Shown: positions 13,905 through 29,896 of the stretch, piece by piece
Layout of the letters: each line of letters starts with the position of its first letter
Position numbering within the stretch: position 1 is the first letter of the stretch
Origin: Octopus vulgaris
Taxonomy: Eukaryota
DNA length: 64,000 bases
NCBI GenBank assembly: GCA_951406725.2
Contig: OX597814.1
Location: forward strand, 75,144,001 to 75,208,000
Reading direction: 5' to 3'
The notes under the pieces: model-generated
Databases searched by the model: none
What the model was told of the DNA's origin: nothing
What the model saw: only the letters and a program-made list of their open reading frames with translations
Made by a program: the position numbers and the translations under genes

Positions 13905-16451
13905 AATATTTATCTGGTTTCTTGAATATTCCAGTAACAATTCAGTTTACCTCATTTGTTGCCTTGATATCATCAACTGAAGTGTTTGGCTTTCTATAAA
14001 AAAAAAATCCTCAAACCTTCAGTCTTCTCAATTTTTCTTTTATATGTAACTTATCATAAACAGAAATGTTTGAGTTTCTAAATAACCCATGCCAGTTTAT
14101 CACTTTTCCTCTTTCTTAGATTGCCTCCTGGATGTTATATTCCTAAAGACAGCTAATTTCTTTTCATCTTACATCACTACCTAACTCTCACTAGTTACAC
14201 TATATTCAAATATATTGAAACACCATCAGAATATCTAATTTTCCTAGTTGTTGATAGTTTGTACTAAGTCAGCTCTGATTGACCAAACCTATATGCCTAC
14301 GTAGGGTGAGATTCGTGGGAGATTTGGTTGGCCAAGCAACCACATTAAGACTTTTGTGTTGGCTCAACTTTCAATGTGTGTTTGTGTGGGTGGTTAGTGA
14401 ATGTGTATACAGGTTTGTTTGTATTTTCTCTTGCTTGTGTTTGTATATTTATATGTGGGTATATTGTTGTTTAACTCAAGGCTAATTCTGATTAAACAGA
14501 TCTATAATCTTTTTCATTTCTTTTTTCCTTTTTTCAGTCACAAAGATAACTTTATCCAAAGTTCTTCTCTGTTTTTAAGATAATGTGATTTGAGGGATTT
14601 GGCAGCTATTTACAGCACAACTGACCATGAGAAACCTCCCTCATAGGTTCCCTCTCCAAGTGTCTCTGAAGGCATGGAAACCATAAGGAATATTGAACAC
14701 ATCAAAATACCAAAATTAACCTTTGCTTTCAAAAAGGATAATAGTTAATTCTCCATGGTGTATGGAATGACAAACCACTTTCAATCACTACTGGTGCACT
14801 AAGCAGCATCAAGATTCAAATCTTCAGCCTGATAAAGAAAGCTTCAGACAGAAAAATCTTTACTCTTTGACCTACTTTCTTTTATATTGCTCATTCTTTT
14901 ATTGATACTGCAACAGGCAGTTCACTTCAAAATTTGCTAGAAGTCCTTCCTCTCCACTTCTGAACTTCTTACTAGCCTTACTAAAAGCAAATAGGATTTT
15001 CCAGTTAATCAGCTTTATTTACATTTTACATTTCCTAATGAGAGAGAGAGAGAGAGAGAGAGAGGCAGTGCTTCCTGGTTCTATAAAAATGGAAATTCTA
15101 TAAAATCTAATTGCTCATAAAATGAAAGACTAGATTAGAGTGAAATATGCCATGAAGCTTGACATGTCACCCAGCTTGATGCCAAATCAGACTGGGTAAA
15201 TATATTCAGCTTCCATCACCTGCCAGATTAAATTCTTTGTATCTATCATAAACTGCATTAACAATAAACTTGCATGTATATCATTAATTAGAAGCATCTA
15301 GTTTAGTTTCACTTTAAAAATCAATTTTATCCATAAGAGTTAATAAAACAGATGTGTTCAAAACTATTTTTTTTCCCTATGATGATTCTCCAGATACTTG
15401 CCTTTTCTTTCGTGCACACACATATGCACAAACAAAAGTTTTCATATCCCACCTGCCAACCAATGGAAGTTAGGTCATTACAACAACCCAGCATAAGTGG
15501 TTCACATACAAGTCACGCTACCACCTACTTGTCCAACAGAAGACTAATAAACCAAGCATACATGTTCTGCATGTAAAAGCTGTCAACAAATTCTGTCAGT
15601 TTTATCATAATATTTTTCTAATTTCTTCTAGACAGATTGAATTGTCATCCACAATTTTAGCAACAATGCTTAACAAGAATATAGATATAAGCCATCACCA
15701 GCTCACGATCAGAGTTTCTATGCACATAGTAACTACCTTCTAAAATAAAATATATTCAAAAATAGAAACCTATCAAAGCAGAACCAGCTACAATAAGTAA
15801 ATAAATAAATATATAGTAAAAATAAAATAAATAAAATAAAATTTTCAAAAAAATTAATACAAAAGCAAATTTGATATCAAATAGCTTTATGTTTAGATTT
15901 TTATAACTCTTTTTAATACTATAACATAATAGAAAAAAAGTTAAATATAACAGTGACTTGGGAGATTTTATTTAAACATAGATTCTGCACCATAATATAG
16001 CTTTGATATAATACTAAAATTATATCTGACCAGCACAGAAAAACTAAGTTCAATCAGTGATGATAGTAATGGTAATATTCAAATATAGATGAAATATAAT
16101 CAACTTGGATATATTCACCACCACCCAGCCAAATATTTAAGCATACTTCTTTTGCTTTAAATCAATTCATGGGGGAGATAAGTAACTGCTGGCTGTTTTG
16201 TAAAAATGCTCAGAACAAATCAATTTTTTGTTACTCAGCTATATTATAAGAATGGAAACTATTATTAAATTGATACAAGCAGAAATATGATACACACAGA
16301 GTACAATCCAATGGCTGTAGCAATCTTTGATAATGTGATATTGGATCTTCTAGAAATAGAAGGTCTAATTCAGTACAGTATGATACCTAGCTCACAGGTA
16401 TTCATACCAAATCCTCTAAATGGAATTTCTTGTGCCAGATCAGAGAATGTA

Positions 16452-17741
16452 CGAGGGACGTTCAATAAGTAATGCCTCTGACCCACTTGCAGTTGTTTGA
16501 TCTAGCTGAAATTTTGCATGTGCAATTATTTATATCTCTATAGAGTAAGTGGCAAATTACAGCTCTGAATTAATTGTGGTTTCTGATTTACAGGTGTTTG
16601 AACCGAGTCAAGTGTGAAATGGAGCCTGTTGAGTGTCGAGCAGTGATCCGGTTTTTGTATTTGAAAGGACACACACCACGGGAGACTTTTGATGAAATGA
16701 AAGTAACTTATGGTGATGATGCCCCATCATATGACCTTGTAAAACGCTGGCATCGTGAATTCAAACATGGTCGGAACTCTGTGGAAACAGCTCCCAGATC
16801 TGGTCGCCCCTTCTGCCATTGATGAGGCATCTGTCCGTCAAGTTGAGGATGCCATTTTGGAAGATCGACGCATAATTATTCGCCAAATAGCCCATGAGGT
16901 CAAGATTAGTACTGGGTCTGTGGAAACTATCATTCATGACCATTTGCATATGCAAAAGGTGTCGGCCAGATGGATTCCCAGGTTGCTCACGCCTTTTCCA
17001 GAAGCAAGAACGTGTCGAGTGCTCGAGGGTGAATTTGGAGATGCGCCAAGAAGATGAGTCAAAATTTTTCAAAAGACTGATTACACAGGATGAAACCTGG
17101 GTCCATCACGATGATCCAGAGACCAAAGCCCAGTCAATGCAGTGGAAGCACTGTGACTCACCCCTCCAAAGAAGGCAAGGGTGCAGCCCTCCTCTGGCAA
17201 GGTCATGCTCACAGTCTTCTGGGACCAGGACGGAGTAGTAATGAAAGATTTCCTGCCAAAGGGTACCACAATTGCAGGAGCCTATTATGCTTCACTTTTG
17301 AGGAAATTAAGAGAAGCTATCAAAATCAAGAGGTGGGGCAAGATCAGCAAAGGCATCCTCCTCCTGCAGGACAACGCTCCGGTGCACAACTCGCTTGTCG
17401 CCAGATCAGAAGCACAGGCGTATGGCTATGAACTCCTCCCCCATCCCCCTACTTTCCTGACCTTGCACCCTCTGATTTTCACCTCCTCCCAGTCATGAAG
17501 TTGTTTTTGAAAGGAAAGCGTTTCCCAGATGATGCAGCCTTGATTTCTGAAGTCACGTTCAGGTTGGAGGACCAAGCTGGGGTCTTCTACAAAAACGGTC
17601 TCCAGAGCTGCATCAAACAATGGGAGAAATGCGTAACTCTGGGTGGTTCCTATGTAGAAAAAGACTAATAACTGTGCCAAGTTTCGTTGCTCTACTGCTA
17701 TGGGAAGTGGGTCAGGGGCATTACTTATTGAACGCCCCTCG
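16452..17741 (+). mobile_element. Full-length mariner element (1290 bp), frameshifted DD34D transposase
   Basis: TIRs cgaggg(a/g)cgttcaataagtaatgcc(t/c)ctgacccactt, TA on both sides. Transposase about 16619-17668 with WIPRLL, TQDETWV, LQDNAP and PDLAPSDF split over frames. Confidence 0.96.
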
Positions 17742-17911
17742 TACATTGCTGCAGAATGGTTGTCTAATCTTCCATTCTGCTCTACTCTAAGAAACTGGAA
17801 CTATGCAATAACACTTAATAAACTGAGTTATTTGCAGCATTTTCATTTTTTTTTTTCCATCTGAAGTATAGCATCCATTTCAGTAATATATATCTACTGA
17901 GGAAAGTCAGT

Positions 17912-18258
17912 GTTCTGGGTTCAGTCCCACTGCACAGCACTTTGGATAAATGTCTTCTACTATAGCCTCAAGCTGACCAAGACTTGTGAGTGGATTTGGT
18001 AGAAGGTAACTTAAAGGAGCCTGTCATAAGTGTTTGTCTTTGTATCTGTGTTTGTACCCAACCGCCACTTGACAACTGGTGCTGGTATATTTATGTCCCC
18101 ATGACTTAGTGGTTCGACAAAAGAGACTGATAGAATAAGTATCAGACTTTATGAAATAAATACGGGGTTGATTCATTCAACTAAAATGTCTTCAAGGCAG
18201 TACCCCAGCATGGCCACAGTTTAATGACAGAAACAAATAAAAGACTAATGATAAAGAT
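17912..18258 (+). mobile_element. SINE family B
   Basis: gggttcagtcccactgc...gtgagtggatttggtaga...gatagaataagt...ccccagcatggccacag; matches the reverse complement of 31928-32333. Confidence 0.85.
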
Positions 18259-19093
18259 ATAGTCACTGAGCAAGTGATAGACACATAACTGATCCCCAGC
18301 TTGTTACTCAGTTCACACAAACCAATTTTAGAAACCAGTTTTTCTTCCAATAGGAATTCAAGGAGAAGTTATGATGTTAATTACTCAACATAGCCAAAAT
18401 GGCTCGAGCTGCTTACAATTGCATTTCAATGAGACCTTTAACGCTTTCAAGTGAAAGTTAATTATCAGATTTTTTTGCGTAATTTTCTGCTTTTATTATT
18501 ATTTCAGAATGATGGAAAATATTCACTCAACGAAGGAGGAAATACACACACACAGACACATAGATGTGTGTGTGTGCAAGTGTATACAAGAGTAAATGTA
18601 ATTATGTGTTTGTATATGTTCCCACTTCACTCTGCCTCACCATCTGCCGTTTTATCTCTGCTTCAATATCATTATCTTTCCTATCTCTTCACAATAATTT
18701 AATCTTTTATCATAAATGTATCTCTGTGGTTGTTTGATGTATTGTACATATCAATCTTTCTGTCCTTCTCCAATCCTACTTCTAATACCCTGTCACCTGT
18801 ACCTCGTTCTAATGGCTATTTCAGGAATTTATAGATACATTTCCATCCAACTTTCAGACTCTTCTCAGTTCATCATGACTTTCTTCAGTTTGCTAATCTC
18901 TCCTTATTTTAATATATTTTAGACTCTTATAGTAAAGCAATATTTTACTTGTGATAATATTTTTATGCAGTACCTACAGTTAAAATTTTGATTAGCTCAG
19001 TGAACCTGCTGTCAAAATTTAAGTAGCTCACCTCTGGTTATAAATCAATATCATAGTCTACTGAATCATCGACTCAAATTACAGAGCAGTATA

Positions 19094-20370
19094 CTGGGTT
19101 GGCAAGAAAGTATTTTCGGTTTTTTAGTGTGAAATAAAAGTAATTTTTTTTTCATACAAAGAATGAACTTTAATCAATTATATATTTTCCATTTTGTTTG
19201 ATGACTTTTTGCCATCTTTCTGGCAACTTCATGATTCCGCGCTCATAGAACTTCTGGCCCTTATCACCAAAAAACTGAGGCAAGTGCGATTTCAGGTCAT
19301 CACTATTGAAAGTTTTACTATTCAAAGAAGTTTATAAACTTTAAAATAAATGGTAATCTGATGGTGCAGGGTCAGGACTATAGGGTGGACATGACATCAC
19401 TTCCCAACAAAGGCCTCCAATAATTTTTCACAAGTTAGCAAAGACGTGTGGTCTAGCATTGTCATGGTGGAACACAATTCTCTTGCGATTTGCCAATTCT
19501 GGTAATTTTTCTTTGATTGCTTCCTCCAGTTTCATTAGTTGCTGACAGTAAAGATCTGAATTGATCATTTGGTTGCTTGGAAGCAGCTCAAAATACACAA
19601 CACCTTTGTAATCCCACCAAATTGACAGCATGACATATTTTTTTATGCAATTCAGCTTTCAATGTGGTTTGTGCTGGTTCATTATGCTTAGACCATGATT
19701 GTTTTCGATTGATATTATTGTAGACAATCCATTTTTCATCATCAGTGATGATTCATTTCAGAAAAAAGGTTCATTTCATTGCGTTTGAGATGCATATCAC
19801 AAATATTGATTCATTGTCTTAAATGAATCTCTTTCAATTTATGTAGAACTCAAATATTGAGCTTCTTAACAAGTCCAAGTCATTTTAAGTGATTTTCAAT
19901 TGTTGTGTGTGATACATTTAACCTCTCTGCAATCTCTTGCACAGTTATATGACAATCAGATTCAATTATGGCTTTCATTCAGTCAGCAACTTCAGTAGGT
20001 CGACCGGAACATTGGTCATCTTTGAGTGAAAAATCTCCAGAATAGAATTTTAAAAGCTATTTCTGACATGTGTGTTCTGTCAAGCAATCAAAACCATAAA
20101 CTTCACATACCTCTTTGTGAGCCTCAGCATCTTTCTTGCCGTTACAGAAATAAAAAAGCAAAATATGGTGAAAATGTTTGTTTTTGCACTCCATGTTAAA
20201 ATTGACACTGAACTTACAACTGTAAACAAAATTACATGCAATTTGCTTCTAAAGTAAGCTAAAAGTAATGACTAACAAATGAGAAAAGGAAAAGATAAAA
20301 AGACTGACAAAAGTCATTCAAAAAAATCTATCTATTTGCGAAAAACGAAATTACTTTCCTGCCAACCCAA
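19094..20370 (-). mobile_element. Mariner element (Hsmar1/cecropia-like), decayed
   Basis: TIRs (c/t)tgggttggca(a/g)gaaagta(t/a)tttcg, TA flanks. Minus-strand remnant MLSIWWDYKGVVYFELL...FHHDNARPH; transposase about 20194-19170. Confidence 0.93.
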
Positions 20371-20739
20371 TATAATCCTTTATGTCATAAAAAACCCCAA
20401 AAAAACAACCTTTATTAATTAGTCAAAAGTGGAAGGCAGCACCTATGTTCTATACAAATAAAGAGCCTCTAAGTGGTCACATGACCTGCTAAACCAGCCC
20501 AAATCTCTCCTAAATCATAACTAATCTACCCCTATATTTTTTTAAAGGGATAATATAGTCATAGATACACTATGTCTGGAAAACAAAAGGATGAATTATA
20601 ATATCTTTGATGATAGGACTTTTCAAATCCTGCATAACATAGAGCTAAACAACAAATTAAAAAAGACTAAAAATAGTTGCATGGATAAGCTGTGCAAAAA
20701 CGATAAAACAAATTATCGTACAAGTTCAAGAGATGTGTG

Positions 20740-20785
<46 letters not shown>

Positions 20786-20945
20786 ACTGTATACATAGAT
20801 GTGCAATTGAGTGTCAAATATTGAAATGATTACCAAGAATAAATAAATATAGATAAAGCCAAAAAACAAAAATAGAAAATAAAAATAGAAGTTTTAGCAG
20901 TGGGGTACTTAATAAAGTTGAAGGGAATGAGCTGTGTGTGTGTGC

Positions 20946-20995
<50 letters not shown>

Positions 20996-21589
20996 CAGTC
21001 AGAGATCAATAATGAAGTCCACATTCCACTTCTTCACTCTACACGAAATCTGTATCATAAGATGTACGTGTAAAAGAGAATTACTCAGTTAAGTTTGGTG
21101 TGGTGTATGTTTTTGTTGCATCTTATTGTACCACCAGTTTAAGGGAGGATGTCTCAAGAACTAGGATGGAGGAAGTTTTCTCTGATTTAATTCTCATTCA
21201 GAGTTAATGCCCTTCTAGATGGGTAACTCTTGGGTTTATTGATCAGGTCAGTGCACACTCAACAAATTTCAGCTTTAGTTCAAACAGTTTTTCAGTCAAA
21301 TTTAGGCACACTTCAGCACAGATGTGACAGTGTGGTTAAGAAATCCACTTCAGACACACATGGTTTAGAGTTGAACTTATCAGTGTTGGCTGGTGCCTTC
21401 TATTATAGCTGCAGGGTTGACTAAAGACTTGCGAGTAAAATTTGGTAGACAGAAACTGGAAGAAGCTTAGAGTGTATGAGTGTGAGTATTTTTCCTTGTC
21501 ATTATGTGTGTACTAACTAGTCATCATAAAAACAATATTGCATGTTATCAATAATCTATGAAAGCATGCCTGGCTACTGAGCTGGTCAT

Positions 21590-21725
21590 TGTTTGAAACG
21601 GATGAGAGTTGGTGACAGGAACAGCATCCAGTCATAGAAAAAGGAAATTTACCTCAACAAAATTTCATGTAAACTATGCAAGCATTGAAAAGTGGATGTA
21701 AAACTGACTGATAAAGAGGATGATA
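21590..21725 (+). mobile_element. RTE LINE 3' terminal fragment, degenerate
   Basis: gttggtgacaggaacagcatccagtcatagaaa...gcaagcattgaaaagtggatgtaaaa resembles 36778-36919. Confidence 0.6.
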
Positions 21726-22135
21726 AATGTGCATATTTATAAGAGACAAAGAGAGAGAGAGAGAGAGGGGGGGGGTGTGACAGAGAAGAATATAAATAAT
21801 TTATTAAATAGCAAGATTTTAAAATTGTTATCTAATTGAATTAATTCTTATCTTGGTTCTGTCAATATTAGTCCTGCAGATTTAGTTGAGAATTTGTCAG
21901 TCAATATGCACATGTCCAACATATTTTAACTTTTCTAAACACAAAAATTTTATTGCTTATCTGTGGGAATGATACATTAAAATAACAAAAATATTTTAAA
22001 TGCTGAAAGGAGAGAATACATCAGAACTAATTCTTGGCAGAATTTTGAGAGTGGAGCCAAAAATAAAGGTATAAATCTAAATAATAATGAAGAATAATTT
22101 ATAGAAAATTAAAGGTTCTGTTTTAATTAACTTAC

Positions 22136-22240
22136 CTTTTAATCGGGCCCTGATCAATCCTGTTCTTTCTTCTAACCGAACAATATGTACTTTTGCTCCT
22201 AATTTGGCAACATAATCATCTAATTTCTTCCCTAAGTAAT
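22136..22240 (-). CDS. GALNT1: GALNT1/13-like internal coding exon, 105 nt
   Basis: ttccag|AT TAC...TTA AAA G|gtaag. Translates (D)YLGKKLDDYVAKLGAKVHIVRLEERTGLIRARLK(G), including the GLIRAR motif of GalNAc-Ts. Joins the 7779 exon in frame. Confidence 0.95.
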
Positions 22241-22374
22241 CTGGAAAAGGAAAACAAATTAGGTAAATAACTCATACAAGTAAGAATAAGCTCATAATTA
22301 AGCAACAGTATTTTATTATGTAGGTAGAAGGCTAGAAATTCCTTTTGTGGTGGTAGAAGGCATTTTAATTGATA

Positions 22375-22510
22375 AAATTGACCCTAGTACTTGACTGGTA
22401 AGTTATTGAACCTAGAAGGTAAAGTGGATCTTGGCAGGATTTGAATTTAGAATACAAAGAACCACATCAAATACTGACAGACATTTTGTTTGACGCTCTA
22501 ATGACTCTGT
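22375..22510 (-). mobile_element. SINE family A, degenerate
   Basis: Reverse complement shows ttagagcgtcaaacaaaatg...ctaaattcaaatcctgccaag...accagtcaagtactagggtcaattt. Confidence 0.55.
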
Positions 22511-23043
22511 GAATCCTATCACCATCATCAACAATAATACCACTGCTGTCACTATCATCATCACTATTACTATCATAGAGATCGCTATAATTGTGATGTC
22601 TTTTGTAAGAATATTTTCTAATATATTCCAAGCATATTTCTTTTCTTTCTGCATCCTTTTGTTTAGTTTCAAGAAGGTGATATACAAGAGAGTGACAGCA
22701 AACCAAATAAGCCTTCATATGCCTTGTTTAGGGGACAGCAGCAAGAAGTTCAAGGTAAGTGTCTCACCTCTTTGATCTTATTACTGAAGAATAATTCTCA
22801 GGATAACTATGACTTTAATACAAAGCATTACTATCAGGATCTGAAGATTACAAGGGGTGACAAGCCACAGAAATTAAAATTATTTAATATGGAAGAAGTA
22901 TATAGCAAAGTTGCATTGGGAGAGTAAAATGCATTGTTGTAAGGATAATGAATTTTTGCACAAACATGAAAATTTCAATCTGTAGAGAGAGGAAAAGAAG
23001 TACTGAAGTTCATACTTTTCTCAAGGTCAATATGAAGCAGTTT

Positions 23044-24712
<1,669 letters not shown>

Positions 24713-25859
24713 AAAATAATGAAAACATCTAGCATCATAATTTTGAAGTATCTATAAAACTGTCAAAAGCTTGTTTATTTTTAGGTCTTTTATTTATTTA
24801 TTATTAGTGTTGCTTAATATGTTTTGCTAAAATTGCAGTTTCTTTTCAGATATCATCATAAAAAGCTAATTAAAATTCATTAAATTGACAGATCTATTGG
24901 ACTTTCAGAGAGGTCAAATTGTTGGTGCATGAATAGCAGGTGCTAGCATAGCAAAAACAGCCGAAATGTTTGGTGTATCAAGAAGTACTGTCTTGAAAGC
25001 AATGACAGCCTTTGAGAAAGAGGGAAAAACCTCCTTGTCGAAACAAAACTCCGGAAGAAAACCAAAGCTTTCAGACAGGGACCGTCGGACTCTTACATGA
25101 ATTGTTAGAAAGGATCAGAAAAGTACAAAACTGTTCACACAAAGCTGGATTTCATGGTAGGGCTGCAATCAGAAAACTACTTCTTTCAAAAACAAACACT
25201 GCCAAGCATTTAGAGTGGAGTAAAACCCCACAGAATTGGCCCCTAGAGCAGTGGAAGAATGTTATTTTCCTGGATGAGTCATCTTTTACCTTATTTCTGA
25301 CCACTGGCTGAGTATACATGTCGAGAAAGCCAAAAGAGGCTTTGACCCAGGCTGCTTTCTTCCAACTGTTAAATATGGAGAAGGATCTTGTGATGATCAG
25401 GGGTGTATATCTTGGAAATCCACTGGCCCAATGGTTTCCCTTCATGACAGAATTAATAGTCAAGGCTATTTAAGCATTTTATCTGATCAAATTCATCCTA
25501 TGGTTGTGCAACTGTTTCCGAAGGAAAACACAATCTTTCAGGATGATAATGCACCAATTCACACAGCTAAACATCTTATCTGGCCAACACAGTCCACAGA
25601 TCTCAATATTAGTGAACATTTTGGTGCATTTTAGAAAAACAAGTAAGGAGCCAATATCCTCCACCACCATCACTACAAGAACTGGAGACTGTTTTAGCTG
25701 AAGAATGGACAAAAATTCTTTTGGAAACAATTCAAACTTTGTACGAGTCCATACCTCATGGAATTCAAGCTGCAATTACTGCCAAAGGCAGTCCTACCCC
25801 ATTTTAAAATAAATTTGTTTGAGATTTTAAGGTGTTTCCATTATTTTGTCCAACCCCTG
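24713..25859 (+). mobile_element. Tc1-like DNA transposon, internally deleted and decayed
   Basis: Right TIR (reverse complement caggggttggacaaaataatggaaacacc); partial left TIR aaaataatgaaaacatc abuts the microsatellite. Remnants FQRGQIVGA, WKNVIFLDESSF, FQDDNAPIH and WPTQSTDLNISEH (DDE triad). Confidence 0.9.
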
Positions 25860-25904
25860 TGTATATACATACACATAAAATTTCTTTGACGAAGTCTAAC
25901 AACT

Positions 25905-28900
25905 TCAGGGTCAGAAAAAAAGTATTGCGATATAAAATGAAGTAAACCAGATGTAGAATTCATTAACCAAGAGTTCATCATCACACTAAAGCATCTGTAC
26001 TGTGTAATGTTTACAATATATCTGAAACACGGAGTTCTTACATGGAAAGTTTTAAGGAATAGAAAATGACAATGACTAGTCCAGCTGTGTGTACAAACAA
26101 CTGAACTACCTACTCATTGTAGAAGATCATAAATGGATGGGTTTCTGCAGATTTGTGTACCTTTAATGTAATACACAGGCAGAATGAGCAGGACAGTGTG
26201 ACACGGTTGGCCTTTTGAATTATAGATGTAATCTGTATGGCAGGTTTTTACAGATTCTGTCTATTAAATTTTACTCACAAGGTTAGCTTGACCTGAACTT
26301 ATGGCAAGATGTCATGTCTGACTAAGTCAGAGATCTTGAGATCTTGGAAAGCAAACTTCTTTATCACTCAACCAAACTTGTGATGAACTCTGACATATAA
26401 ACATATAGACACAGTCACCAAAAGTATGAACTTTGTGCGATTCAGTGGATAAAGTATTAAATGTTTAGGGTACATACAAAATATCTACACTGATAAATTT
26501 ATTCATAAATTCTGAATTCAAATCAACTAGTGCTTTTGTTTTCATTTTCCATCTTTTGGTCAGTTCACATAATTCTTCTTTGCCTCAGTTTACCTAGCTG
26601 AGGAAATGAGGCTTTTATCCACTTCAGATTAATGTTCTGAGCAAAGCAAAATTTATAGGTTATATGGATCCTAGTAATTTATGAATGGATTAATCTAACA
26701 ATGTATATGAAAGAGAAGATAATGCCAGAGTGTCCTCACATGAATATTTTATGAATATAGGAATAATCATTTAGAGAGCCAAGCTAGATGGTGATAAATT
26801 ACCATCCTTCAATTTGTAACAAAAATAGTAACCAGAAAAACATAAAACTATATTAATTAATTTGTTTTAGTTGTTGAAGGCATATTATCCACAGACAACA
26901 AACTTTGAGGTGATCTGTTTGTCAGTTATACAACTGAGAGTTGATGTTCTACTACTCTACTACAAAGGAGCTTCTTAGATTAGACTAAAGTTTTTACAAA
27001 TGTGGGTGGTTTGTTTTAAGGAAAACCAAAGGAGAAGAATCAAGATGACAAATGAAGATTCAGCTTCAAAATGAAATTAAGTTTTTTTTTGTGTTTTGAT
27101 GAACTTTCCTCAATAATATTTTCTTATCAGACCTCTATAGCTAAACAATAACAATTGACAGCAATTGTAGGACCTTTAAATAAAGAGAGACGTCTCTACC
27201 AGTTTATAATTTATTACTAATTTTACTATTATAAGAATTCCAATTATTTTAATTTCCTCATCATGTATCATGATTAGATTAATTATTCTCTAGTCCAAGT
27301 AGTTAATTGAGTGGTCATTTGTTATAACTTTAATTGAAAGAGAAAGCCTGAAGATCCTTCACTCATTGATCGATCTCAAACAAATGGTTTGTGTGTTAAA
27401 TTGTTGCAGTTTTATGTCTGGTGGGGAATTAAAGTGAGTAAAGAAATATTTACTTTGAAATACTCTTCTAGAGAAGAAGTACTGACCAAAATATTTTGCA
27501 AAGAGTCTAGTAAGTAGGACATAATACTAGTTTCTAATGAGTAGGTTTAACTAAAAGTGAAACAGGAGAGAAGCTTCAGTAAACATTGACATTGGGTGCA
27601 ATTTATGATGATAATTTTTTCAAGTGGTTATTGACTAAGTTATATAGTTTGGTGAACAGATAGCAATTTTCCATTTGCTCCCATATTACATCATTTCAGC
27701 AGTGAAGTAAAGGTTTCAATGATTTTTACTAAAACTCATGGTTTTGACAAGTGAGTAAAATAACCATTTATGTCAGAGAAATATAGGACGAGAGAGAGAG
27801 AAGAGAGAGAGATAAACTTCCATTATTGATAGCTCATTATCTTCAGTATTAGTTGTAAAGTGAAGTCAGGAGTTCTTGAATAAAATCTTATGTCTAAATT
27901 TTTAAATCATTTAAAAGAAATGTGATATGCAGCTTTTTTAGCTTAGAGATATATCGAACAAGGATACATGGGGAAAAGATGGTAAATATAACAGTGTCTT
28001 CTTACAGACTGGATGACATGCTGAAAAGATTAACTGAGATGTGCTTAATATAACACTGTAAGAAAGAACAGTTCTTGCTTCTATATTAACCAACAGTAGA
28101 TATACTTTTTAACAATGCTTTTCTAGTTTCTGAAAGAGGCCATCTATCAATTCACATGACCGTGTGTCTGGACAAAAGCAACATAATCACAATTTGAAAG
28201 TTTTTTAGTGTGTAAAGTAAAGAAATTTCCAATCAGCAAACACATAAGCAAAAATAAATTGAATAGTTTGATACAAAAAAGTTCTTGATGAGAACAAATT
28301 GGAATTGAATGTGTTGGTCACAGGGTGTGCAAGGGACAGATGGTTCTTTGGGTAGAGATGATCAACCATTAAGATCAAAGCAAAAGGTTTTATATCAAGA
28401 AATTGAAGGGTAACACAAAGGTTATAAGTTCAAATCATGTCAGTTGTTCAAATTCTCTAATTGCATCTTGTTTATTCCAAAGCATTGTGCAGTGTCCTCA
28501 GGCAAAGCTGTTTCTTTTAGTCACTTCAGCTAAACTAAACATAAATGCCACTCAACGTTTCACAATGAAGTAGATGATTATAAGGTCATTCAATAGTAAG
28601 ATAATTATTTCCAACAAGTCATCATAATCTTTCTGGGTATGCAAACTCAAGTAACTAATACAAGATATCAGGAACAAAGTTAAGAGGAGAGAAATTGATA
28701 AATCTTAATAGTTTTGCAATTTTGACAAATTTAAAAATTAAAGTGTAAATTCTATTTTCATTATTAGAAGTACTTATTGCAACTACACCAATGACAAATG
28801 CTATAATGGAAGAATACAGCTACTCAACTTCTTTCCTGTTGTGAAAAAAAATGAGTTCATGAAGCACAATAAAAAAAAATACAAACAAAAGGGAAGAGCT

Positions 28901-29499
28901 TTGATGAAATCCTCCTGAAAACACTAACTAATAGACTAATTGTGAAAACACTACCAGGAGACTACAAGACTAAGTGGAAAATTCTCATGTAACGTAGGAA
29001 TATTCTCACAGAAAATGAACAGGACCCTTTTGAAGAGGCCTTTCAAGACCTCCTTCCATCCCACTGTGAAGACCAGATTACTGATTATTTGAAATCAAGG
29101 CAAATAACTTCACTTTCACCTTAAACAAACATAATTGTACTAAAAACTAAGTTCTAAAAACATCTGACCTGGAAACGATATTAGACCCCAAGTTACAGGA
29201 TTTGGATGTAATGGCCATTGAATCATTTGTAGTCAGAGTCATCCTAGACCTGTTGGGTTCCCTCACTGGCCTTAAACAAATATCTCCTAACTAAGGCTAT
29301 TCTACATAATGTGTACAATGCATATTACAACTACATTTTCTATCTTGAATATAAATACTTTGATTTCAGTTATCTGCATCTTCTTAATTCTCATATTTCA
29401 TTCCATTTGGTTCGAATAAGTATTTCTTTTCTCTGACACACCAACATCATCTATTGAAGCTGATATATCAATAAGATACTTCTTTTCTGATGGCCCTTG
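25905..29499 (+). mobile_element. Possible ancient hAT-like transposon remnant
   Basis: About 28760-28870 reads LLEVLIATTPMTNAIMEEYSYS..VKNE(L)xSTI, resembling the hAT C-terminal dimerisation region. Weak candidate TIRs cagggtcagaaaaaaagtat (25906) and reverse complement caagggccatcagaaaagaagtat (29498). Confidence 0.3.
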
Positions 29500-29521
29500 A
29501 TATACATATATATATAAACAT

Positions 29522-29582
<61 letters not shown>

Positions 29583-29792
29583 CATATATATGTACATATA
29601 TATACATACATATACATACATATATATGTACATATATATACATACATATACATAAATACATATATATATACATGCATATATATAAATACATATATATATA
29701 TACATGCATATATAAACATATATATATATATATATATACATAAATACATATATATATATACATAAATACATATATATATACATGCATATATA

Positions 29793-29866
<74 letters not shown>

Positions 29867-29896
29867 TGTATATATATATATATATATATATACACA
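29500..29896. repeat. (TA)/(CA)/(TACA) compound microsatellite
   Basis: Directly visible. Confidence 0.95.

Noticed and set aside
22412-22775. Hydrophobic or Asp-rich short ORFs resembling a membrane protein
   Set aside because: Produced by a degenerate (ATC/ACT)n trinucleotide tract next to a SINE.
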